Below are positions 32,895 through 41,849 of a DNA stretch of 64,000 nt, piece by piece (position 1 is the stretch's first letter; every line of letters begins with the position of its first letter). Made by a program: the position numbers and the translations under genes. A model generated the notes under the pieces. The model ran no database searches. It was not told the DNA's origin and saw only the letters and a list, made by a program, of their open reading frames with translations. Origin of the DNA: an uncultured Planctomycetota bacterium (lineage in GTDB: Bacteria > Planctomycetota > Planctomycetia > Isosphaerales > Isosphaeraceae); NCBI GenBank assembly GCA_963823665.1, contig CAWGMQ010000005.1, forward strand, positions 768,001-832,000, read 5' to 3'.

Positions 32895-33004
32895 TCCCCA
32901 GGGAACATGGGAGATCCCTGCTTGCGAACAAGGGTCTATGGGGTGATACTCGCCCATGGTAGGGCGATGACAGCGTGCTTCAGGCGGCCGGGGTTTGTAG
33001 TGGG

Positions 33005-33090
33005 GCGGTGACCGAAGCCAATATCCATGACGATGGCACGGTTGTTACCGCGTTTGAGCGCGTGATAGACTGTCCCGTCAACGCTGACCA
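33005..33090 (-). pseudogene. Relic of a REP-associated tyrosine transposase (RAYT) N-terminus
   Basis: Minus frame reads VDGTVYHALKRGNNRAIV, matching the RAYT-type YH...RGNNR motif; abuts a GTAG element. Confidence 0.55.
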
Positions 33091-33091
33091 G

Positions 33092-33147
33092 GTAGGGCGC
33101 GGTCGGCGCGGGTCTCCAACCCCCCGTCGGCCAGACCGCAGGTCTCC
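33092..33147 (+). repeat. GTAG-initiated REP-like element
   Basis: GTAGGGCGCGGTCGGCGCGGGTCTCC...AGACCGCAGGTCTCC, containing a repeated GGTCTCC and an AGACC/GGTCT stem. Confidence 0.45.
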
Positions 33148-33238
33148 CGCCGGGGCGGTTTTGCTTCCGCGCGTTCCGGCTCGTGAGTCCGGGCCCGTTC
33201 CGTGCATCCTACGAATATTCTTGTACAGTTCGATTCGA

Positions 33239-34048
33239 ATGAAGAACTTCCAAGACAAAGTCGCATTCATCTGGTCGGTGGCTGACCTCCTTCGCGGCGA
33301 TTACAAGCAGTCCGAGTACGGAAAGGTCATTCTGCCCCTCACCGTCCTCAGGCGGCTGGACTGCGTTCTCGAGCCCACAAAGCCGAAGGTCCTGGATCGA
33401 GCCAAAGCGCGCCCGACCAGGGCCGACGAGACGATGAAGGACCTGATGCTCTGCCAGGCGGCCGGTCCGGGCATGACCTTCTACAACACCAGCCGCTTCG
33501 TCCTCCCGCCCACTGAGGCGGCCAAGGGAAAAACCTACGTCTCGCTCCTCTCGGACCAGGAACAGATCGCCGCCAATCTGACAAACTGCATCGCCGGGTT
33601 CTCCCACAACGCTCGCGAGATCTTCCTTGACAAGTTCAAGCTCGGCGAGCAAATCAACCGGCTCGATGAAGCCAACCTTCTCTACCTTGTGCTCAGCAAG
33701 TTCACCGAGATCGACCTTCACCCCGACGTCGTCGGCAACATCGAGATGGGCTACATCTTTGAGGAGCTGATCCGACGGTTCTCGGAAGCCTCAAACGAGA
33801 CGGCAGGCGAACACTTCACCCCGCGTGAGGTCATCCGCCTCATGGTCAACCTGCTCTTCTTCGACGACTGCGAAGCGCTGACAAAGAGGGGCGTCATCCG
33901 CACGCTTTATGACCCCGCCGCCGGCACCGGTGGCATGCTCTCAGTGGCCGAAAACCACCTCCGTGGGTTCAACCGGAACGCCACGCTGAAGGTCTTCGGC
34001 CAGGAGCTCAATCCCGAGTCCTACGCGATCTGCAAGAGCGACATGCTC
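33239..34048 (+). pseudogene. hsdM: Type I R-M methyltransferase HsdM, truncated before the NPPF catalytic motif
   Basis: FIWSVADLLRG, GEHFTPREVI, YDPAAGTGGML and GQELN motifs. Similarity stops after ICKSDML; the ORF reads through to 34201. Confidence 0.88.
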
Positions 34049-34297
34049 ACCGTACGGCACGGTAATAATCCGGTTCGTGGTAGTTCTGCGCGATGGTTCC
34101 GGCGCCTTTTCTGCTATCCTACATTGATCGCACCGGGGGCCGGCTCTCAACACTCTAACCATGCAGTGCTTGGCCGATTACACTTAGGCTTAGCCCTTTG
34201 ATTTTATTAATGCGTTCGGCTCAGGTTCGACGATTGATCTCTCGATCCGCGACGGATTCAGACAACGCCTAACCCGACCGAATCTCGGGGTGCAGGT

Positions 34298-34669
34298 ATG
34301 CCTCTGTCCTCTTCCGATTCCATGCTCGCAGCGCTTCGACAGAAGATTTCTGGTGGCAACGCCGTTGCGTTCGTCGGAGCGGGGGTTTCAATCGCGACAA
34401 CAACCAACGCCGCAACGGCCTCGTGGGTCGGTCTAATCAAGAACGGCGTGCAAAGATGTATGGATGTGGTAAGACCGAGTCTCGGGCTCGACTGGGCTCA
34501 GCTTCTCAATCAGGAGATCGATTCTGGGGACCTCGACAACCTCCTTTCAGCTGCCGAGAAGGTCACCAGCAAGCTAAACGGCCAAAGCGCAGGAGAATAC
34601 GCTCGATGGCTACGCGAGACTATTGGCCAGTTGCACGTCGTGGATTCAAGTCTCATCGAAACTCTCCAA
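34298..34669 (+). pseudogene. SIR2-like (SIR2_2) protein N-terminus, cut by the IS
   Basis: FVGAGVS...SW.GLI motif; the reading frame runs into the IS left end at 34670. Confidence 0.75.
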
Positions 34670-37306
34670 CTGACGTTCCGCACATCTGCCCCTGATTATC
34701 TCCGAATTACCGCCGCCCAAGTCAGTCGACGAGGGCTGGGCAGCGCCGATTACACCGAGGCTGGCCCAGGGACGCGATGTGACTCGCGGCCGCACGGCCA
34801 TTGCCTCGCGCACGCGTCCGGTGTGATCGCCGCGGTTCGCGCACCGCTCGCCGGTAGGCCACTACGCCAAGACTCCCTGCCTGACATCGACATCTTCTCG
34901 TCAAGTCAAGCCTAACCGCAGTGTCCAATTCCACGAGCCAGAAATTTCTGTAATTCTTCAGTTGGCCGATCTTCGACGTAAGTCTCGCCGAGTGTGACAA
35001 CCCAAGTAGCCAGTCGAGAACATCTTTGTCCTTCCCCCAGAGAAAGAGCTGTTTTTCTCGGGAAAAAGCGCTTCTCGAAATCACCAAGCGCGATTTGACC
35101 AACCGTTTGTCGAAATCGAGTCCCGACGTAGGTCCAATTCGACGCGACTTACGTCAAATTACAACATCATACTTAAGGTGGCGGAATCCGTGGATGCCTT
35201 GAAGATTTCTCCTCCAGGACAATCATGTCCGCAGGAATCTCGGCGAGACAGTCGCTCTGCTTCATGTGTCCAGAGCGGCCCCAGCGTATCTTGTCTATGC
35301 CGACCACACGAGTTCCTAAGGAGCAACACGGATGCAGAAGCCCAAGAAACGACACGTTCCTTCTTCGACTACTCCCCCACGTCCCGGTGAGATCGCTCGC
35401 GCCAAGGGGCAGGCTCTTAGCTCGTACCGCATCGACGCCCTCCCAATCGTCAATCAACTCCTCGCACGCATGCGCCTCGACGAATTTCTCCGATCGTATC
35501 TCCCACGCGCCGACCGCCGCTGCCGAATCGCTCCTACGCTGGGAATCTCGCTCCTGCTCAAAAATGTTCTCCTCTCCCGCGAGCCTTTGTACGGCATCGG
35601 AGAATGGGCGGCGAGGTTTGCTCCTGAGGCACTCGGCTTCAACGACAGCCAACTGCCTTCTCTCAACGACGACCGGATAGGACGCTGTCTCGATCGCTTG
35701 TTCCAAAGCGATATCACCTCATTGGTCCTGGCGCTGGTGGCCCATGTGATCAAAGAATTCGACGTGGACCTCGACGAGCTCCACAACGACTCCACCACCA
35801 TCACCTTCCATGGTGCATACGCTGACGCGGCCAAGGAAGAAATGCGGGGCAAACGGACCAGGATGGCGATCACCTGGGGTTACAACAAGGATCATCGCCC
35901 AGACCTTAAGCAACTACTTTACATCCTCACAGTGGCCAAGGACGGTGCCGTTCCGTTGTACTTCCAGGTTGCCAGCGGCAACGTGGCGGACGATCAAACC
36001 CACCGCGCTACCTGGGATCTTCTCTGTCGCCTGACGGGAAGGCGAGATTTCCTCTACGTCGCGGACTGCAAGCTGGCCAGCGCCGAGAACATGGCCCATA
36101 TCCATCAACGCCAAGGCCGGTTTTTAACCGTGCTGCCGCGGACTCGGTCAGAGGACGGCATCTTCCGAGACTCACTCGGCAGTGGCCAGATCCAGTGGCG
36201 GCACATCCATGACAAGCGAAATGACGACGGCAAGATTGTGGATAAGTACTCGATCTCCGAGCCGGGTTCGCTGAGCGTCGAAGGATACCGACTGGTTTGG
36301 TACCACAGTACGCGCAAAGCCGAGCAGGATTCCCATGCGCGTCATCAACAGGTCGAAAGAGCCTTGATCGAATTGTCGGAGCTGCGTTTGAAGCTCTCAT
36401 CTCCGCGGACGCGGTTTCGACAAGAGGCGAAGGTTGTGGATGCCGTTCAGGAAATCCTCCGGGCGCAGGGCGCTGAGAATTGGATCGTCACGGAGATCAA
36501 AGAGCGAACCGAGGAGAGGTTCCGCCAGGACCGGCGAGGTCGACCGAATGATCAAACGCGATACGTCAGGAAGACGAGCACTCGCTTCGAGCTGGCGTAT
36601 CACATCGATCACGAGAGACTCGTCGCGGAAACGGCGGGTGACGGAGTCTTCCCTTTGATCACGAACGACCATTCACTGTCGGGCTTGGAAATGTTGCTGG
36701 CCTACAAGGGCCAGCCGGCGCTGGAGAAACGGTTTTCGCACTTGAAGACGGACTTCGAAGTCGCCCCGGTTTATCTTAAGGAGGCCAGCCGGATTCAGGC
36801 GTTGCTCTGTGTCTATTTTCTGGTGCTCCTGGCTGAATCGCTACTCGAACGCGAGCTGCGTCGTGCCATGGACCGCGAGGCGATTGAAAGCCTGCCTCTG
36901 TATCCAGAAAGTCGGAAGTGTCGCCATCCCACAGCTCGTCGGCTGATCGACCTGTTTGAGGATGTGCAACGGCACTCGCTGCAAGTCGGACGGCGACCGT
37001 CAGTGGTTTTCACAACTCAATTGAGCCGGCTGCAACGGCGAGTGCTGCGTCTGCTTGGTATGTCGAAAGTCTACGATGGCTGATTTGGTCAGCCAGCGTG
37101 CGACTGTTCTCGACGGCGCTGAACCGCAAGACATAAGCGTGAGCGGATAACAACTCTTGCGATAGTCAAGCAGTCGAGCCCTCAAATCGACCATGGGTTG
37201 CGAGCGGTAATCGACTGCTGACTTGCGTGAGAGACCCCCAGCGCCTGCCCGATTTACCGCCGGGCGATATTCCGGGATAATCAAGGGCAGATGTGCGGAA
37301 CGTCAG
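34670..37306 (+). mobile_element. IS1634-family insertion sequence
   Basis: 22-bp perfect terminal inverted repeat CTGACGTTCCGCACATCTGCCC at 34670-34691, with its reverse complement ending at 37306. Imperfect similarity extends further inward. No target duplication seen. Confidence 0.88.
35332..37083 (+). CDS. IS1634 family DDE transposase
   Basis: LNDDRIGRCLD, HNDSTT, GYNKDHRPDLKQ, VADCKL and Y....LEKRF..LK motifs. Confidence 0.9.
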   Translation: MQKPKKRHVPSSTTPPRPGEIARAKGQALSSYRIDALPIVNQLLARMRLDEFLRSYLPRADRRCRIAPTLGISLLLKNVLLSREPLYGIGEWAARFAPEALGFNDSQLPSLNDDRIGRCLDRLFQSDITSLVLALVAHVIKEFDVDLDELHNDSTTITFHGAYADAAKEEMRGKRTRMAITWGYNKDHRPDLKQLLYILTVAKDGAVPLYFQVASGNVADDQTHRATWDLLCRLTGRRDFLYVADCKLASAENMAHIHQRQGRFLTVLPRTRSEDGIFRDSLGSGQIQWRHIHDKRNDDGKIVDKYSISEPGSLSVEGYRLVWYHSTRKAEQDSHARHQQVERALIELSELRLKLSSPRTRFRQEAKVVDAVQEILRAQGAENWIVTEIKERTEERFRQDRRGRPNDQTRYVRKTSTRFELAYHIDHERLVAETAGDGVFPLITNDHSLSGLEMLLAYKGQPALEKRFSHLKTDFEVAPVYLKEASRIQALLCVYFLVLLAESLLERELRRAMDREAIESLPLYPESRKCRHPTARRLIDLFEDVQRHSLQVGRRPSVVFTTQLSRLQRRVLRLLGMSKVYDG

Positions 37307-38527
37307 CATGAATTGAGCAGTTCCGAAAAAGACATTGAGTTTTACGAACGAGAGTTGACACGATCATTCGCGGAAGGACGACGTGTCCTGCGACCAAACG
37401 GCGTCGGAACGATCGTCTTCGCGAGCAAGACGACGGCGAGCTGGGAGGCAATACTGAAAGCCGTCGTGGATGCCGGTTGGATCATCACCGCTTCATGGCC
37501 GATCGACACGGAACGCGAAGCGCGTGTCTCGGCACAAGGCCAGGCTCGCCTGGGTTCTTCCATTCACCTCGTATGTCGCCCACGCGAGAATCCCGACGGC
37601 TCGCTCCTTGAAGCCGAAATCGGCGATTGGCGCGACGTTCTCGCCGAACTCCCACGCCGGATTCACGACTGGATGCCGCGCCTCGCCGAGGAAGGGGTCG
37701 TCGGCGCGGACGCTATCTTTGCGTGCCTCGGTCCGGCCCTGGAAGTCTTCAGCCGCCATAGCCGAGTCGAGAAATCCAGCGGAGATGTTGTATCGCTCCG
37801 CGAATACCTGGAGCACGTCTGGGCCGCCGTTTCGAACGAAGCACTCTCGATGATCTTTAGGGACGCCGACGCCGCAGGGCTTGAGCCCGATGCGCGCCTT
37901 ACGGCCATGTGGCTCTGGACCCTTGGCACCGCGTCGCCGGAGGGCGGCAACGAGAGCGTCTCTGCCGAGGAAGGCGCGGGAGACGACGCCGACGCGGTAG
38001 ATGAAGAGACAGATAGGCCGTCGAAGATCAGCGGCTTCGTGCTGGAATTCGATGCTGCCCGAAAAATTGCCCAGGGGCTCGGGATCAACCTGGACAAGAG
38101 CCAGAGCGTCGTTGAGGTCAAGGGCGATAAGGCCCGTCTCCTTCCCGTAGCCGAGCGCACGAAATACCTCTTCGGCAAAGACGCCGACGACGCACCGACC
38201 ACGAAAAAGAAGCCCAAGAAAAAGGACACCCAGCTCTCGCTGTTCGAGGCGCTCAAGGAGGCCGACCCCGACGTACCGGCCGAAACCTCCGAATTGAAGG
38301 CCCCCCAGGCCGGCTTGACCGTCCTCGACCGGGTTCACCAGGCCATGATCCTGTTCGCCGCCGGCCGCGGCGAGGCCGTCAAACAGTTCCTCGTCGAGGA
38401 GGGAATCGGCAAGGACGCCCGGTTCTGGAAGCTCGCCCAGTCGCTCTCGGCCCTCTATCCGCCCGGCATCGACGAAAAACGCTGGGTCGACGGCGTGCTC
38501 GCCCGGAAGAAGAGCCTGGGGTTATAA
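37307..38527 (+). pseudogene. DUF1156 methyltransferase, C-terminal fragment
   Basis: EGRRVLRP.G.GTIVFASKTTASWEA, SWPIDTE, GADAIFACLGPALE, T.LDRVHQAM.LF and EKRWVDG motifs; starts at the IS right end. Confidence 0.85.
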
Positions 38528-38546
38528 TCAGAGACGGAGGTGGCCA

Positions 38547-38834
38547 ATGAAGACAATCACCATTGAATTCCCCGACGACACGACGCTGCCGTTCACAGAT
38601 TCCGATGAGCAATTTGCCCGAGAGCTCCGGCTCGCCGCCGCGACCTTTTGGTACGACCGCGGCATGCTCTCCCAAGGCATGGGCGCCGAGATCGCGGGTT
38701 TGAGCCGGGGAGAGTTCCTCGACGCTTTGTTCCATGCGAAAGTGCCTGCATGCCAGGTCACCATCGAAGAGCTGGAGGAGGAGCTCGACTCGTGGCAACG
38801 CCGCGCCGAAGAAAGGTTAATGCCTCGCCCTTGA
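38547..38834 (+). CDS. UPF0175 family putative antitoxin
   Basis: RELRLAAA..WY..G.LSQG.GAEIAGLSR.EF motif. Confidence 0.85.
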   Translation: MKTITIEFPDDTTLPFTDSDEQFARELRLAAATFWYDRGMLSQGMGAEIAGLSRGEFLDALFHAKVPACQVTIEELEEELDSWQRRAEERLMPRP

Positions 38835-38849
38835 TCTTCCTGGCCAAAT
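38792..38849 (+). pseudogene. DUF3368 (PIN-like) N-terminal stub
   Basis: VNASPLIFLAK, followed by unrelated sequence; parallels IVDASPLILLSK at 44792. Confidence 0.65.
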
Positions 38850-39221
38850 CGGAATCGTGGAGTCACTGCCTCCACAATTCAAATCGATCGTCACCATCCC
38901 ACGAAAATCGGCACGCTCGGGGCGAGAACGCGGCGGCCCGTCGACTCGCGAGTCGGCGACTCCACCCAACGCGACAGAGCCGCAACTAAGAAAGTTCCTT
39001 CCCTAACGAATACCGGTGACGCATCTGCACCTTCGTTTCCTTCGTTAGCTTCTGTTCAAGGCTCGATAATCAAAAACTCGCACAGCATCATGAGCGCGTC
39101 GCGAAGCCGCCGATCCGAGTCGCAAACAGGCGCGACCCACCGAAGCAGTCCATCACCAGGCCGACCTTACCTGCGTGAAGCGGCCGGCCTAAGTGGACCC
39201 GTGGAAACGATTGTGCATTGA

Positions 39222-39243
39222 GTAGGTTAGGCTTAAGCCTGAC
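39222..39243 (+). repeat. GTAG-type REP-like palindrome
   Basis: GTAG-GTTAGGCT-TA-AGCCTGAC. Confidence 0.5.
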
Positions 39244-39313
39244 TCCTCCGCTGCAGCACCGCCCTTCTCGCGCACTTTTTTCTGCGGCCGCACCTAGATC
39301 GACCCAGGATCGT

Positions 39314-40565
39314 TCACTCCGCAGCAAGCTCAACCGCGTCGATCCCGAACCAGACGTTGCCGGAGGCCGGGTCCTTGCCAACCGAGGTGAGCCGCAGCGC
39401 GTGGCGCCCGGCGGGAAGGTCGATGGGCCCCAAGTCGATCGCGCCAGACGGAGAAATGCGGCCGCTATAGAGGTTGATATCGTGACCCAGGCGCTTGCCG
39501 TCGATCGCGACCCGCACCACGCCGAAGTCCGGCGCCGCGGTCGCGAGCACGCGGAGCCGGCACCGTCCGCCTCGCCGGTTCGCCAGCTCGAGCGTCACCG
39601 AACCGCCCGGCTCGGCTCGGCAGAAGAGCTGGCGGCCGCCGCTCCACATCGGCGCTCCCCACTCCGCCATCTCCTGAACGCTTGACTCGCAACGGTGCCT
39701 CGAGACCACGGCCATCGACTCGGCCTCGAACCGCTCGAGCGGCGCTTCGGGACGCCCCGGCTCGTACTTGAGCCAGAGTGCATCGTTCGAATAAGCATGT
39801 ACGTACGCGTATGACATCCGGCCATAACCGTTCTTTCCCCACCCTGGGCCAGCGCTGTTCCGGAAGACAAACATTCCGCCGCCATTCTGCGCCGGGTTGT
39901 CGGCGTACCCGACCAGCACGATGCTATGACCATCGAAAACATCCCGCGGCGAGGGGACTTCGCGCAAGACGTCGCCCTCAAGTGCCTTCGGCCAGCGGAG
40001 CCCGCACGCCACCGGGTGCCCCGATGCCAGCGCGTGCTTGATCCCCTTCAACTCCGAGTCGTCGAGCGGCCGAGCGACGTTCCACCGCCTCAACCAGTGG
40101 ACCCGCCAGTGGCCGGCGAGCTCCTTCGCGTTTGCCAGGGCCCTCGGCGTGGGTTCGCGCCGGGCGTCCGCCGTAGGCAAGTAAGGCATCAGGCCGGCCC
40201 GGCAGATTCCCAGCGTTTCGAGGCCGTGCACCGCCTCGTAGAACATGGCCTGATCACCGGAGCGACCGGTCGCCTTGTTCGCCGCCCAGATCAGGAACTC
40301 CTCGGACAGACGGCCGCCGGGCTTCGTCCGGTGACGGCCGCTCTCAAATTCGGCCAGTGCGGTGATCGCGAACAGCGAGCAGACGTCACGCTCACCCTGG
40401 GCAAGTGTCGTGAGACCGAGCTTCTCGAACTCGGGCACCAGGTCGACCGCAGCCGGTAACGCCGCGCCCGGGGCACGCTGGGACCGTGCCGCCACCCGCG
40501 AGCCCGAGCAGAATGATCAGAATCACGCCGCCAACACGCCGAGAGAACCTTTTTGATCTGTGCAT
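39314..40565 (-). CDS. Papain-like C1 peptidase with C-terminal jelly-roll/CBM-like domain (signal peptide joined via frameshift near 40495)
   Basis: QGERDVCSLFA (Gln/Cys), GHSIVLVGY (His) and FRNS (Asn). Confidence 0.8.
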
Positions 40566-40769
40566 TTCAGTCAACTAATTGACAGCCACGGACTGCAAAC
40601 TGGGCTTGTTTGCGAATTTCGGCCACCACTCGAAAGTCGAATACGAATGGATCATCGTGGTGATCCCTTCGTTTTCGTTTCGTGTCTTTCGTGTGTATCG
40701 TGGTTCACTCTGATGGTCCACATCAGATTTCCGCGATAACAGATGCAGGCCGTCGCCGTGGGCTTTCCT

Positions 40770-41666
40770 TCACCCCGCTGCGATCACCTCTCGTGCGCTC
40801 GTCCACTGCATATTCGGGTAGCGATCGTTGTCGAGCGGTTCGAGTTTCGCGAGGCCGCTGAACATGCTGTGCATATATTGCATGCCTTGCCACTTCGGGA
40901 AGAGCTCCTTCTCGCCCTCAGGATCCGCGGCGCGGACGCGCCGGATGAGCGCGGCGAGGTCGTCAACACTGCCCAGGCGCACAAGCTCGAACTTCGCGTT
41001 CTTCAACTCGCCAGCGACGGTTGCCAGCTCTCGGGCGCTCTTCTCGTCGCCGGCAATTCGCAAGATCTTCGGGGCAGACGGGTCGAGAGCCGCGGCCGCG
41101 GTGAACGCCGCCGTGTTGTCCATGGTCGTGAAGTCCATGCGCTGATCGGCGTCATCCCCCCAATAACTCACGCGCCTCGCGTCGAGATCGAGAAGCGGCA
41201 TGCGAGACGTCAGCAGCTCGGCAAACGCACCGTTCAGGATTGACGTTGCCGCGATCGGAGCTTGGTCGAGACGCCCGTGAAACTCTCTCCGCAAATCGAG
41301 GTTACGATTCTCTCCCTCGGGAAGCTTCGTAAAATCGATCGAAAAGTCCGATGGGATAAAGCGCGGCACGCCGGCCGCGACCGCCGCATCGAGCAATACC
41401 GACTGCGCGTCGACTATCACATCGCGCAAGCCTTGCAAAGCCGAGACGACGCAGGATACTCCTGCGCACGCCCGGCCGAGTTCGGCAACTTCCCACTTGC
41501 CCACCCGAGCGACTCTCACGCCACGCCCCTCGAGCTTTGCGAGCTTGTCGTGACCGGCGGCGGCGCGAACGACCGCACAAACGTGGGCACCGCGCTCGAG
41601 AAGCGCATTCACTATCCGGCCGCCGAGATCGCCCGTCGCACCCGCCACTGCAATCGTCGTTTCCAT
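40770..41666 (-). CDS. NmrA-like NAD(P)-binding protein
   Basis: VAGATGDLGG and AGVPRFIPSDF motifs. Confidence 0.88.
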   Translation of the reverse strand: METTIAVAGATGDLGGRIVNALLERGAHVCAVVRAAAGHDKLAKLEGRGVRVARVGKWEVAELGRACAGVSCVVSALQGLRDVIVDAQSVLLDAAVAAGVPRFIPSDFSIDFTKLPEGENRNLDLRREFHGRLDQAPIAATSILNGAFAELLTSRMPLLDLDARRVSYWGDDADQRMDFTTMDNTAAFTAAAALDPSAPKILRIAGDEKSARELATVAGELKNAKFELVRLGSVDDLAALIRRVRAADPEGEKELFPKWQGMQYMHSMFSGLAKLEPLDNDRYPNMQWTSAREVIAAG

Positions 41667-41778
41667 CAATCACATCCGATTGTCCCGTGCCGCTCACACG
41701 TGGCCTCCGCCTCCGGCGCCCAACCTAGCCAAATCGTTACGCCTTGTCCATCATCGCTCGCACGGCCAACGATCGTTT

Positions 41779-41807
41779 GTAGCAGACACACTCCGTTTGC
41801 CGTCCGC
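41779..41807 (+). repeat. GTAG-type REP-like palindrome, copy 2 (degenerate)
   Basis: GTAGCAGACACACTCCGTTTGCCGTCCGC; two differences from 24182-24210. Confidence 0.75.
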
Positions 41808-41849
41808 CGGATCAGCGCGCGCGTGCTGAAGTTATTTTGACGAACCGGT

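Noticed and set aside
35173..35706. Antisense ORF in the IS as a second IS gene
   Set aside because: It overlaps the transposase on the opposite strand and has no motif.
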